Numbered from the whole stretch's first letter, positions 12,977-26,329 are shown. The stretch: 63,114 nucleotides of DNA, filler included, from Octopus bimaculoides (GCF_001194135.2; 5 parts of 5 records of this genome joined end to end with filler, not necessarily neighbours in it), one strand, 5' to 3'. Translations and numbers: made by a program. The notes: a model not told the origin generated them from the sequence alone.

Positions 12977-13275
12977 TGAGGGCACATGGTTTAGTGGTTA
13001 GGACGTTGCAGTCACGATTGGTGGATCGTGATTTCAATTCCTATACCGGATGATGTGTTATGTTCTTGAGCAAAACGCTTCATCTCACGTTGCTTTGAGA
13101 TCACTTCAACACCTGACGCGTGGTGCACCGTTCACTTGTTCAGACAATGTCGATTTGACGGAGAGAGTGAGCTAATGTGTGGCACAAACATTTGATCACT
13201 ATAAGCAAAATGATTTGTGCAGGTCATTTGGCAAAAGCTGAATGTTCACACATCATCTTTGATGGAAGAGTCTTT
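12977..13275 (+). mobile_element. tRNA/CORE-like SINE with a third 3' module
   Basis: TGGTTTAGTGG A box, GATTTCAATTCC B-box-like, gttcttgagcaaaacgcttcatctcacgttgct core, then unrelated body cacctgacgcgtggtgcaccg... Confidence 0.7.
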
Positions 13276-13894
13276 CATATATATACACATACATACATAC
13301 ATACATACATGCATACATGCATATATATATATATATNNNNNNNNNNNNNACTCAAATTAATAGGTATCTTTAAATCCGACTTAACGTGCATCTCATGTTA
13401 GAACGTTGAATGATGATTTATCCCCCTTGAGAGGTCCTCTCATATTGACGCATGATGCATGAAAGCACAAACACATATCTTAGCAGAGAAAGAACTGGGC
13501 GCCGGAACTGACAGACCATGTGATTTTCAGCGTGCTGTGCTTCAGTGGCAAGTGTCCGGCGACCAAATACCAGCCAAATATCGCGGCCAACGTTACAAAG
13601 AATAACAGTATATGTTAAGTCACTGTGTTGCAAATAATCAGTAGATTTATTAAGAAATAATTATTAGCAACGGAAGCGTATAAATACGAAAAGACAACCT
13701 TTAAATCAAACTCAATGTGTGAGGACTTCTGAACGCTAATATCAAGGCATCCACGTTAATTTGGATTTAACGATTACCTCTTGACAATATTTAAATCCAA
13801 ATTTACAGCTGTTTCAAGGATGCGGTGATAAATACATGCAGTAATGTGTATTATGCATACATAGACATGTACTAAACTGATGTTAACAAATATG

Positions 13895-14018
13895 TATAGA
13901 TGTTTTCGATCTAGTTTGGATTCTTTGCCATCACATTTGAATTCTTTGCAATCAAATTTGATGGCAAAGAATTCAAACTTGATGGTAAAGAATCCAAACT
14001 AGATCGAAAACATCTATA
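13895..14018. repeat. 124-bp loopless palindrome (62-bp arms, 4 mismatches)
   Basis: TATAGATGTTTTCGATCTAGTTTGG...ATCAAA|TTTGAT...CCAAACTAGATCGAAAACATCTATA; centre 13956/13957. Confidence 0.95.
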
Positions 14019-14065
14019 TATATGGAATACGTCAATTTAAGAGGTAGTCGTGATGCTAGCACTCA

Positions 14066-14107
<42 letters not shown>

Positions 14108-14746
14108 TCACTACTGTAGGCAGCTGGGTTTCCATGGCATTCTCCAGTAAGTCAAATTTGAAAATGCTCATGGATGATCGATCATCTTACGGAAGTTAGT
14201 TTTGTGAATGTTTGCGAAACTATTCGCTTAACGCATTAGTTTGTTGCAATTAACCCCTATTTACCTTACAGTTCAACTTTATCCCTTCAACAATGGATGC
14301 CTAAGCTTGTACAAAACTGAACAACAGTTTCGGTCGGAGTCGCATACCGCTTTACCAATCCACTAATCGTTAAGGATAATGAAAATTCGTTAATTGTAAG
14401 AGGATAAAGATTAAATCGAGAGAAATGTACTTTTGTCTGAGTACTCCTATTTAACTGTATGTCAATACATACATGCATAATTGCATACGTATATATAAAT
14501 ATATAGGTATGTGTATATGTATGTAAGTGTGTGTGTGTTGTGTGTGTTTGTTATTTGTTTGTGTGTGTGTGTTGTGCATATGCACGTATGTATGTGGTTC
14601 AGGAAAGTGGAATAATTTCTATATGAAGCCCCTATCGTCAAGAGAACGCAACTCCGAGTTCAGTGTAACCGCTTTCGTCGCTTGATGAAACAAGCAACGC
14701 GAAACTCGGATTCGAAATTTGTGCATATACACCCTCAAGTAAAAAT

Positions 14747-14809
<63 letters not shown>

Positions 14810-14889
14810 GCATGCATGTAAGTATGTATGTATGTATGTATGTATGTATGTATAATGCGTATATACATACGTGTGTGTGTGTGTGTGAG

Positions 14890-14934
<45 letters not shown>

Positions 14935-15053
14935 CTGAATTAATGGGCCTAACATCGTTTTCGACAAATGAGATTCCCAGTTGTTTAGAGAATGTGATAC
15001 AGAGAGAGAATGACAGGAAGAGAGCAAAGAGAGATAGATAGACAGACAGACAG

Positions 15054-15138
<85 letters not shown>

Positions 15139-15580
15139 AAGTGAAAATAAGAGACATACAAACTAAATGAAATCGTTAATGACTTACACTTAATCTACTT
15201 AACAGATCGGCTTAATGAAGTGATTTTAATTACCAAAAGTTAATCCGCAAAACAATCAGTATAACAACAGCAACAAAAACAACTGCAAGGGCAAAAACAA
15301 CAACAAGCTCCTTTAAGCAGTAACTTGATCTGCTACAAAATATGCCGAATTCCCTCAAATGGAAAACTAGCTTAAAAATAAATAAAGGGAGACATGGAAC
15401 AACGCAATCCGAAATGTACATAAGAACCGTATGGTCACGCTTGGAACGTCTTTGATAATAGAGCTGCTGGATCTAACCTGAACTAGGGCCAAACTGCGAT
15501 AACGACTATCAGTAACAAAGCAGCCTGCATGTGTGTGTGTGTGTGTGTTCATAAATCATTTTTCGCGTAGACACACACAC

Positions 15581-15611
<31 letters not shown>

Positions 15612-16063
15612 NNNNNNNNNNNNNNNNNNNNNNNNNNNNNNNNNNNNNNNNNNNNNNNNNNNNNNNNNNNNNNNNNNNNNNNNNNNNNNNNNNNNNNNNN
15701 NNNNNNNNNNNNNNNNNNNNNNNNNNNNNNNNNNNNNNNNNNNNNNNNNNNNNNNNNNNNNNNNNNNNNNNNNNNNNNNNNNNNNNNNNNNNNNNNNNNN
15801 NNNNNNNNNNNNNNNNNNNNNNNNNNNNNNNNNNNNNNNNNNNNNNNNNNNNNNNNNNNNNNNNNNNNNNNNNNNNNNNNNNNNNNNNNNNNNNNNNNNN
15901 NNNNNNNNNNNNNNNNNNNNNNNNNNNNNNNNNNNNNNNNNNNNNNNNNNNNNNNNNNNNNNNNNNNNNNNNNNNNNNNNNNNNNNNNNNNNNNNNNNNN
16001 NNNNNNNNNNNNNNNNNNNNNNNNNNNNNNNNNNNNNNNNNNNNNNNNNNNNNNNNNNNNNNN

Positions 16064-16126
<63 letters not shown>

Positions 16127-17601
16127 TACATACGATGATGCACACCACTCCGTGTCGCCTTACGACCGCGTCGATTTCCTTCCACTTGTAATGTCTCTGG
16201 CACCACTCAACCCTACTGAAATCGCTAATTAAGGTCTTAAGCAATTGAGATCTGGACAACGAGAAGAGGCGCGGATGTACGTCGATTCAAGATTGACTAA
16301 TAATATGCTAAATTATGACTGATTTGAACATTATCAACGACTACAAGACTCAATGACTCAGTACACCTCTTTGCAAGTTGTTATTTAACATTACGTCAAA
16401 TATGATTAAGTAAAAATTCTTCTTAGGCGTTTCCGCCATCTTTATTTTATTATATTTTTGCATATTCATGACTGTATTGTCTCTCATGCGTTCTACCTCT
16501 TTTTCTTAAGACGGGAGAGTAGGCTCATCAAACCAGTATGATCTCAAGCTCAGATTCACAGCCTCTACAATAGACTGTGGTTGATGGAGAGAACATGCTG
16601 AGGCCTTCGTCCGGCAATGAACTGAACATAGGCAATCCAATCCAGAAAGAGATATACATATAGGAAAATTCATGAAGAAAAAATGGAAAATGGTGTATGA
16701 AGTGAGTAATTAGACACTCGTAATAGGGTCAATAATTAAATGAATTTAGAGGGAAGAATGAGTTAATGGAGAACATTAGGAAGAAGGAAGAGAAGTTGGA
16801 GGCCTGCTTGTCTGGATTTTTTCATTATTGTAGCATGCGGTGTACGACAGCGGCGTCAAGAAAGATAGAAGATAAAAAGATTGCGTGGGACATATTTATA
16901 TAAGGGACGAAAGTTAGAAAATGGAAGCGCTCCTCGAGTGATCCATACATACTGACATAAATACACGCACACATACATACATGCCTACACACATACAAAC
17001 TTGCCTACATATATATACATACAAACATACATGCGTGTGCATATATGTACACTCACACGCACGCACACACATAAATCCTGTTGTATAATTTCGTATGTGT
17101 GCGAGAGAGAGAGAGAGAGACAGAGTGATTTATAGCACCATCGATATAGAAGCAATGTTCCATTGTGAGTCCTACTGAAGCTTTGTAAAAAGTGAATAGC
17201 TGTTAGTTTTGAAGTATTTTCTAGTCCCAAAGAGGAAGACCAGTCTTTGTGAACAGAACACGGTTTATAGGTAAGACAAATAAAGATAAATATCATTTGG
17301 AGCGCAACAGTTTTCCAAATGGACAACTGATATCTTATTTTGCACAACTAAAACAATATTCTTTTCAAAGAACGCTTTTTTTGTGTGTGTAAAAAAGAAA
17401 AAAACAGAACCCTATTTACAACCATCTTACATTCTACTTAAAATAGCCAAGCACTACATTAGATAACCAACGTAACATCTCACATACTAATACTTTTGTT
17501 CTCTTCTTTGCCACTTTCCTGATAATCCCCACCCTACATTTTGTTTATTATTATTATAATTATTAGTTACTATGGTGACAACAGTCTACCTACCTACCTA
17601 C

Positions 17602-17660
<59 letters not shown>

Positions 17661-17855
17661 CCTATCATCAGACACACACACTCTCTCTCACTATATTTCT
17701 CAACAACAACCATTTATCTTTATCATGAAAGTCTTTTTCTAAAGTATGTGTTGCGTTGTCTCAATGTTGAAAGACATACAGAAACACAGACACAGAGAGT
17801 TATAGATAGAGATAAAGATCTATATATATACATATATATACATACATGCATACAT

Positions 17856-17894
<39 letters not shown>

Positions 17895-17944
17895 TATATA
17901 TANNNNNNNNNNNNNNTATATATATATATATATATCATATATCT

Positions 17945-18158
17945 ATATGTATGGTCTCCCACCACCGTTTGATAACCGGTGTTGTTGGGATTTTTTTTAT
18001 GTTCTCATCACATAGCAGTTCAGCAAAGGACACCGACAGAATAAGAACCAGACCTTAAAAAGTAATTACCGGGGTTGATTCGTTCGACTAAACCCTTCCA
18101 AGGTGGTGCTCCAGCGTGGCTACAATCGAATGACAGAAACAAGTAAAAAATGAAAGAT
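17945..18158 (+). mobile_element. OR-like SINE 3' half (degenerate)
   Basis: ttgataaccggtgttg...ggggttgattcgttcgactaaa...ggtggtgctccagcgtggc; begins after an SSR and gap. Confidence 0.75.
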
Positions 18159-18571
18159 ACCCGTAAAAGATTCCCGATTTTACATCTTGCGAAACCACTC
18201 CTGTTATACAATTACCATATAAGGACATAAAATTTTAAAGTATTTTTTATTATATTTTCCGCTTGATATTTATCAATATTCTAATTATCCTGAGGCTAAT
18301 CGTTTTTATTCAAATTAATTCTAGAATGTGTTAACACCATTCTTAGACACATTAATACACGACGGCTAAATTCTCATATTTATAATACACAGATAATCAT
18401 ATACGTATATGCATGCATGCATATATATATATATATATATCATGCGTATTGAGTACTGGTACTAACGGCAGATTATTTCTTCCAAGCTACTTCATTCTGT
18501 CAACCTCAACGAGTGTGATGGTCTAACATATGTACTCGTAACTATGGCAACATAATCACGCTCCACATCAG

Positions 18572-18611
<40 letters not shown>

Positions 18612-18849
18612 TGCACATATGCAAGCTACATGTGCGAATACAACGATTCGAAGTGATGATGTTGCTAATAGATTTGAGTAAACATGCTTCACTGTCGCTA
18701 TTGATAAGGCAGCTAATATTGTCAGAGATCCAACCGTCAACAGCTTACATCACTCCAAAGACAGAGAGAGCGAGAGAGAGAGAGAGAGAGGGAGAGAAGG
18801 AAAATAAGAGAGAAAGGCAGATAGCCATTATAGTGCTATAATACGCATC

Positions 18850-19130
18850 ACAATCTTCTACAAGCTCGATGTGAACTCAGAGTTCTATAACTACCGCAGT
18901 ATGCATTAAAGGGCTAATGTAATACACCCACACTTCTGCACACACTCTCACGATGTCTGATGCCAAAGACCCACGTTTATAAGCACTTAGTTTCTGCACT
19001 CATAAAGCAACATATGGGACAAACTTATGGCAGCAGTGTTTGGAATCATATCAACTGATAGGCTACAGAAGATCAGTACGCAAGCACCTCCTGTCACTTT
19101 CACGCTGGACTCAGCTGAGAAAATTGAACT
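18850..19130 (+). mobile_element. Possible decayed LINE RT C-terminal fragment
   Basis: YGSSVWNHIN..(fs)RLQKIS resembles Y.ssVW....LQ.iQ. Confidence 0.3.
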
Positions 19131-19162
19131 ATTGATATATATATATATATGAACCATTGATA

Positions 19163-19195
<33 letters not shown>

Positions 19196-20204
19196 NNNNN
19201 NNNNNNNNNNNNNNNNNNNNNNNNNNNNNNNNNNNNNNNNNNNNNNNNNNNNNNNNNNNNNNNNNNNNNNNNNNNNNNNNNNNNNNNNNNNNNNNNNNNN
19301 NNNNNNNNNNNNNNNNNNNNNNNNNNNNNNNNNNNNNNNNNNNNNNNNNNNNNNNNNNNNNNNNNNNNNNNNNNNNNNNNNNNNNNNNNNNNNNNNNNNN
19401 NNNNNNNNNNNNNNNNNNNNNNNNNNNNNNNNNNNNNNNNNNNNNNNNNNNNNNNNNNNNNNNNNNNNNNNNNNNNNNNNNNNNNNNNNNNNNNNNNNNN
19501 NNNNNNNNNNNNNNNNNNNNNNNNNNNNNNNNNNNNNNNNNNNNNNNNNNNNNNNNNNNNNNNNNNNNNNNNNNNNNNNNNNNNNNNNNNNNNNNNNNNN
19601 NNNNNNNNNNNNNNNNNNNNNNNNNNNNNNNNNNNNNNNNNNNNNNNNNNNNNNNNNNNNNNNNNNNNNNNNNNNNNNNNNNNNNNNNNNNNNNNNNNNN
19701 NNNNNNNNNNNNNNNNNNNNNNNNNNNNNNNNNNNNNNNNNNNNNNNNNNNNNNNNNNNNNNNNNNNNNNNNNNNNNNNNNNNNNNNNNNNNNNNNNNNN
19801 NNNNNNNNNNNNNNNNNNNNNNNNNNNNNNNNNNNNNNNNNNNNNNNNNNNNNNNNNNNNNNNNNNNNNNNNNNNNNNNNNNNNNNNNNNNNNNNNNNNN
19901 NNNNNNNNNATTTCCTTCTTTGGTTTTAAATTGCGTCTAGCCACCCTAATTATTTTACAATTTTCACATTCCCATTTTGCTGACTCAGCCATTGATTCCT
20001 ATGGTAAATTCTATAAATACTGACAAGGGAAATTTAGCTTCAACACCAGCAATGAAGTGTCATTGATGATCATTAATTTCATGTGAAATTAGCGCGCTTA
20101 TCTGACGCCCTCGCTTGGTGTGGGGAATTTTATCTTCCTTGTTAGTACATAGAACATGTGCTTTGTTTGTGGTTAAAGAGTTTGTGGCTCTCATTTCTAG
20201 CAAT

Positions 20205-20378
20205 GCTCATCGCTTGACAACCGGTACTGGTTTGTTTACGTCCTCGTAGCATTAGTTGTTCGGTAAAAGAGACTTATACTATATGTACCAGACTAATTTG
20301 TTCGACAAAACCCTTCAAATCGGTGCCCCAGGATGGCCACAGTCCAATGACTGTAACACGTAACAGATACAAGTTACA
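20205..20378 (+). mobile_element. OR-like SINE 3' fragment
   Basis: catcgcttgacaaccggtactgg...atttgttcgacaaaacccttcaaatcggtgccccaggatggccacagtc. Confidence 0.7.
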
Positions 20379-20644
20379 TAGAACCAGAATTATATTATGC
20401 TTTTCTGTTTTCTCATGGTGGAAAGTGGTTTTTATTAGTGCGAATTGGCTGTTACTTTTAGCATGTCGAATGACTCATATTAGATCTATATGTTGTGCTT
20501 TAAGTGCATGCACTAAATATTATATTTATCCTTTTCACCCGCGCTGCTGTTTCACCAATGACTATGGTTGATTTGTGTAAAATAGAGAGAAGAATATACA
20601 GGAAGAATAGAGGAGAGAAAAACAGAAGGAAACATCGGTGGGGG

Positions 20645-20744
20645 NNNNNNNNNNNNNNNNNNNNNNNNNNNNNNNNNNNNNNNNNNNNTTAATTAATTAA
20701 NNNNNNNNNNNNNNNNNNNNNNNNNNNNNNNNNNNNNNNNNNNN
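20645..20744. other. Artificial scaffold-join spacer N44-TTAATTAATTAA-N44 (also 30973-31072, 40273-40372, 54135-54234)
   Basis: Four identical 100-bp spacers; TTAATTAATTAA gives stop codons in all six frames. Confidence 0.95.
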
Positions 20745-20777
<33 letters not shown>

Positions 20778-21629
20778 TGTGTGTGTGTACGTGTGTATGC
20801 ATGTATGTATGTGTGTATGTATGTGTGTATGTATGTATGTGTGTATGTATGTATGTGTGTATGTATGTATTTCTTTGAAAGTACAAAGTTTTGTGGTGAT
20901 CATTATCGCTACTGACTTTGTTGTTGTGGAGTCGTTGATTTCGGTTTTTTTTTTCTACTTTTGGGTTGGGGAGAAGCCATTCCTTCGGTTGTATTTTTGA
21001 TGTTTGACCTCCTCTTCCATTGACCTTTTATGTCTTGTCCCTTGAGACAAATATTGTAGTTGGTTTGCAAAGGTTACTTGTGTTATAATTGATTAGAATA
21101 ACTTGCTTAAGGTTAATGTAGTTGGAGAACTAAAGTTTCAATGTTGCTACAATCTATCTCTCCCCCACCCACGTTGATCTGCAACAGAGGAATAGGTTTA
21201 AATAGATGATGTTTACACACATAAGCGTATATGTGTGCTTATATATTATACATACATACATAATACATACACATATATATATATGTATACATATATATAT
21301 ATATATATANNNNNNNNNNNNNNNNNNNNNNNNNNNNNNNNNNNNNNNNNNNNNNNNNNNNNNNNNNNNNNNNNNNNNNNNNNNNNNNNNNNNNNNNNNN
21401 NNNNNNNNNNNNNNNNNNNNNNNNAAACATAAAATTAAGTTTGAAGCCTATTGTATCATGCTTAATAAATAATATCAAGAGTATAAAAAATATATAAACC
21501 TTGATGCCGAGTGTACACGAAAGTATTTGTATTATAAATGTAATTAGAAATGGCTAGAGAGTAGTTTTCTTATATTCGTGTTTTATTAAACATAGATCTA
21601 TTTTCAAGTGTTATTTTTTTATTTTAGAT

Positions 21630-21861
21630 CAGGGGTTCTCAACCGGGGTTCATATGACCCTTGAGGGTCCATATAAGATGCTTTGTAATTAAAGTTTATG
21701 AGCAATAAATTAGTTATACTTCTATAATACACAAAATATTTAAACAATTTTTTATACAATCCTTTATAACTAATTATAAAAATATAACTGGATTTTTTTT
21801 AACATCAGAGTAAAATAGGAATTTAAGGAGTCCGTAAGCAAAAGACAATTGAGAATCACTG
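21630..21861. mobile_element. hAT (Charlie-like) MITE
   Basis: TIRs CAGGGGTTCTCAACC / AATTGAGAATCACTG; 8-bp flanks TTTTAGAT and TCTTAGAC (6/8 identical, NTCTAGAN-like). Confidence 0.8.
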
Positions 21862-23177
21862 TCTTAGACTTTTCGTATGTTGTCAGCTTTTTACGGTTGG
21901 TTTAGTTTCTAAAATCATCTTCGCCGTTTCTACACCTTCTGTTTCCCTTTCGAGAATTGAATGTATTGGGAGTTTGTGTTGTTTCTGGTTGAATTCCTGT
22001 TGACTTTTCTGTCAAATTTTTTGGCGGTTAGCTTCACGCATCAGCAGTTGATTTGTTTATCGAGTCAAATTTTCACCGTAAGTCTTTTGCTGTATTTTTT
22101 TATGCTACGGGTTAAATTTTTGATGTCTATGTTTTGCGATATGACTATTATTATCATAATCAATCTTCTATTGTTGTGAGGAATTTTATACTGTATGTAT
22201 ACTCTTCTAGTATTTTCCAATCTTTTTTTTTTTGTGCAGTGGGTGATGCAATGTTACACAATATTTCCACGCTATGAGTGCATGGTAAATCTATGTAAAT
22301 GATCCACTGTAAGAGCTAATGACCTGAAGTTTGCAGCTTTCAGTTTTACAGTAAAATTTATAGATCAGTTTGGTCTAATGTGATGCACCTTGTGTTCCGT
22401 TTTACGAGGATTTTAATTATGCAATGATATAACAATATATCGGGAAATGCACATCATAGAAATACACAAACAGCATATAAAAATCTAATACGTGAACTAA
22501 ATTCTCAAAAACTATCGAACAGACGAGCATATTACTATAATCCTCGTAAAGCAGAACACAAAAGGCAACACTCTCGACCATAAACTTAAACTATCACTGC
22601 ACTACAATGATGCCAAAACCAAAAACCTTCTTATCAATAACTAACCACAAGCTTGTAAACCCTCGAGAAAAACTGCGAATAGCCGATGCGATCAATAAAT
22701 CTTACTGTAAAACTGAAAGTTGCAAACTTCATGACTCTAGCTGAGACATTGAACAGATCAATACAACTCTCTCACGTAGGCTCGCTGAGAACTGTCACCT
22801 CCCATTTAACATTGCCTATCAACAGAGCTTGGTAAATAACAACGGAATGAAGATCTGGCGTTTCAAGGTGATCGTTCAATCTTTTAACGATTACTGCACA
22901 ATGATTGCATTTACTTGAGAAACGTATATTGATTATGTAATTTATGATGTATTGATTATGTAAATTATGATATAATTCTACTCTTGAATATACACACTGT
23001 AAATTATTCAAATGTGTATAATACAATAAAAAAAAAACAATCAGAGTCCAAATTATATCAAATACTTGTCAGAAATTTGGATACGCAGAAATTAACATGC
23101 AGTTCAAAGCATCGGTTAACCACTCTAAATGACAATCTTTCACTGGATACAAACAAACACACATCATATATGCACAC

Positions 23178-23181
<4 letters not shown>

Positions 23182-23208
<27 letters not shown>

Positions 23209-23364
23209 TGTATGTATGCATGTATGTATTTATGTATGTACGCAAGAACGTACGTATGTATGTATTTATGTATGTATTTATGTATGTATGTATTATGTAT
23301 GTATGTATGTATGTATGTATGTATGTATGTATGCATGTGCATGCATGTATTTATGTATGTATGT
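23182..23364. repeat. (TATG)n microsatellite at the 3' flank of the R4-like element
   Basis: Read directly from sequence. Confidence 0.95.
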
Positions 23365-24511
23365 CATTATTCAATTTTAGTTCAAGATTTCTTGCCAATA
23401 GAGAAAAAGTCGGTTTCTAACCAAGATCCAAGAATATCCTCCATGCTTCATTGGAATTTCCACAACATCAACAGGGTATTTTTTTACATGTATGTATGCG
23501 CATGTGCAGATTTGTATCTTTTATTTTATGTATGTCTTCTCATGCATATACTTACATATCTAGACATGCTCATATATACTTAAATGATAAACTTCTGGAA
23601 CGTTTTACAGATTTTTACAGTTCCAGTGATGGTTTGGATCAGTAATCTTCGAATTAGCTTTCTCTTTTCTGATTTTGAGAAGCCTAATTTTTCAAGACTG
23701 GTATTTATACAATGTGTTACATATCCCAGTGCTCCAATAATTACAGTTATAAGCCTGAACTTGTAATCTGGATTGAGTAACAGCAGATTTATCAATAGTT
23801 CAGCATAGGTATTCTTTTTTTCACTGATCTTCGTCTTTATATTAACATCTACTGGTCGGCTGATTTCCACAACTGTACATAGTTTATCTTTTCTATCCCA
23901 AATCATTATATTAGGTCTATTGTGTTTACATTTTAATGAGCTTTTCACAGAGACATTCCACCAGTATTCCTTTTTATTATGAGTGTCTATGGCTTCCACC
24001 ATACTGTGGGTTCTTATTTCTTTATCCTCGGGGTTACACTTCCAACAGATTTCCTTATATAGTGTCCTAGCTACAACATCATATCTCATCGGTAGATAAT
24101 AATGTGACGACATTTTCGTACAACTGCTTATGATGTGGGTGATATCTTCAGTGTTAACTCCACAAAGTCTACATCGGTTGTCACATTCTACTGCTTTTCC
24201 TGCATTGCTATCCCTTTTGTGCATCCGGTATTTGGTTGATATTTCCTGTTCCTGGATTGTAAACGCATACTCTTCAAAGTGGGTGGTACTAATCCAGTTG
24301 TTGGTCAACGATAGACTGCTTTGATGATCAATGTCATTATCATTTCAGAGTTCTCTTCGAACATATCCATGCGTGGCCTTCTGCTCATTCTTTCAGTCGA
24401 TAATATGTTACGGTAGAGTCGTGAGACTTCTTTGAGTATGTATTTCAGGTTATCATACGAGGAATGCTGCTCAAGGAACTGCCTTCCAGGTCTTATGATA
24501 TTATCAACCTC
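23365..24511 (-). mobile_element. 5'-truncated R4/Dong-like non-LTR retrotransposon (CCHC zinc knuckle + restriction-like endonuclease) with 3' UTR
   Basis: ORF 23580..24308: HFEEYAFTIQEQEISTKY, CRLCGVNTEDITHIISSC (CCHC), HNRPNIMIWD..CTVVEIS (PD-(D/E)xK-like, D>N), VIIGALG. About 215-nt 3' UTR ending AATAATG. Flanked on both sides by (ACAT)n. Confidence 0.9.
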
Positions 24512-24639
24512 ATGTATGTATATGTGTATGTATGTATGTATGTATGTATGTATGTATGCATGTATGTATGCATGTATGTATGTATGCATGCATGTATGTA
24601 TGCATGCATGTATGTATGCATGCATGTATGTATGTATGT
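24512..24639. repeat. (TATG)n/(TGCA) microsatellite at the 5' flank of the R4-like element
   Basis: Read directly from sequence. Confidence 0.95.
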
Positions 24640-25176
24640 AAAATAAGTGAAGCTTAAAAAGACAACACAAGAAAATTTAACAGCTTATTTGTCTAACTGC
24701 TATTCCTGTATTATCTTTTTTTCGCGTTCATCTTGCATTTAAGGCTGACGCGACCTCCTCCGGATTCGACCTCGTAACTACAACTCTGAGCTCTATATGA
24801 GATTACCACACGTATTCCTATGGATATCCATTTATAGATATATTGTATGGTTACCTTATTGTAGGTATGGTGGAATGCTTGGTGCTTATAAGGGAATGCA
24901 TGGTACTTATAGTAAAACACCATTTAATTGCGAGCACTACACATCTGTTGATGGGTGCTACATCAACATTACTAAAATGTATGCACAGGATATGTTGCAA
25001 GCCTGCATACATCTTCAAGCACAATAAACACATGCGTTATACACTCTTTGTTTACATGGTGAGAAACGTGTTTCACACACAGCACTGTTGGCGAACACTG
25101 GCAAATGCCACTGTCTGAATTTGTACAATGGCGTGACTTTGGTATACCTAAAAACATTTAGTTAATCGCTAGATCA

Positions 25177-25200
25177 ATGGTTCTCAACCTTTTTTGCCTG
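25177..25200 (+). mobile_element. Solo left TIR of a hAT (Charlie-like) element
   Basis: GCTAGAT|CAATGGTTCTCAACCTTTTTTG; right TIR not identified. Confidence 0.4.
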
Positions 25201-25970
25201 AAGATTCTAACATGAATATGCTAATCACTGCTGATTTCGTCACAGGGGAACAGATTCTCCTTTACGATGAACATGTGTTCATAACACACTCGATTCATAA
25301 GTGCAAGGGATTCCAGGACATCCAAGGTTTTGACATCATTGTGTCTCATCAACCGGAAGTACCCCTGGACCAAAGAATCTAACAAGTGCCGAGGGTCCAA
25401 TCCATAATTTCAGCGAACAAGCTGTTTGTTGATCGGTGCTGATAACTGACAACCGATATATGAACATTATATGCAAGCTTTCTTGCTTCTCAAGCGATCT
25501 TGTCCTTTCACTGGTCAGTCGTTTATTTTTTTCCATCTTTGTCTAAATCTTGTTTTTTCCAAAGCCGACAGACACATTATCTTTCCCCCTTATCGTGCAA
25601 TACTTACCTTTCTATCATTTTTATTTATCGATGTCTCTATCCATCTGTCCACCCATCCATCCATCCATCTCTATATCTATCTATGACCCTGTCTGTATAT
25701 CTGACTCTTTATATATCTATCTACCTATCTATCTATTCCTCTTTGTACTTGCCTTCCTATTGCTTTTCCTGTTTACCATTTTCACATAACTGTTTCTTTT
25801 TCTCTATTTTTGTATTATTCTTTCAATTTTTGCGTTCATTTACCTGTCTATCGTATTTACACTCAGTCTTCCATCATTGTAATCTAACTATGCTTATCTC
25901 TATCCATCACTTTCTCTCCTCATTTCATACTTCCAGCTCTGTTTTATCTCCGAAACAACACTCGCACCTC

Positions 25971-26019
<49 letters not shown>

Positions 26020-26281
26020 NNNNNNNNNNNNNNNNNNNNNNNNNNNNNNNNNNNNNNNNNNNNNNNNNNNNNNNNNNNNNNNNNNNNNNNNNNNNNNNNN
26101 NNNNNNNNNNNNNNNNNNNNNNNNNNNNNNNNNNNNNNNNNNNNNNNNNNNNNNNNNNNNNNNNNNNNNNNNNNNNNNNNNNNNNNNNNNNNNNNNNNNN
26201 NNNNNNNNNNNNNNNNNNNNNNNNNNNNNNNNNNNNNNNNNNNNNNNNNNNNNNNNNNNNNNNNNNNNNNNNNNNNNNNNN

Positions 26282-26329
<48 letters not shown>

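Noticed and set aside
14653-14710. Type-III hammerhead-like pattern TCCGAG-UU...UUGAUGA...GAAA-CUCGGA
   Set aside because: Only stem III pairs. Stems I and II do not form, C3 is U, and the GCTTG/CAAGC hairpin competes with the core.
17225-17276. Possible 46-nt plus-strand micro-exon (ttttctag|...TATAG|gtaaga)
   Set aside because: Good splice-like signals but no recognisable product or partner exons; needs RNA evidence.
20689-20700. TTAATTAATTAA as a biological motif (homeobox site or piggyBac TSD)
   Set aside because: Always centred in exactly 44+44 Ns; assembly linker.
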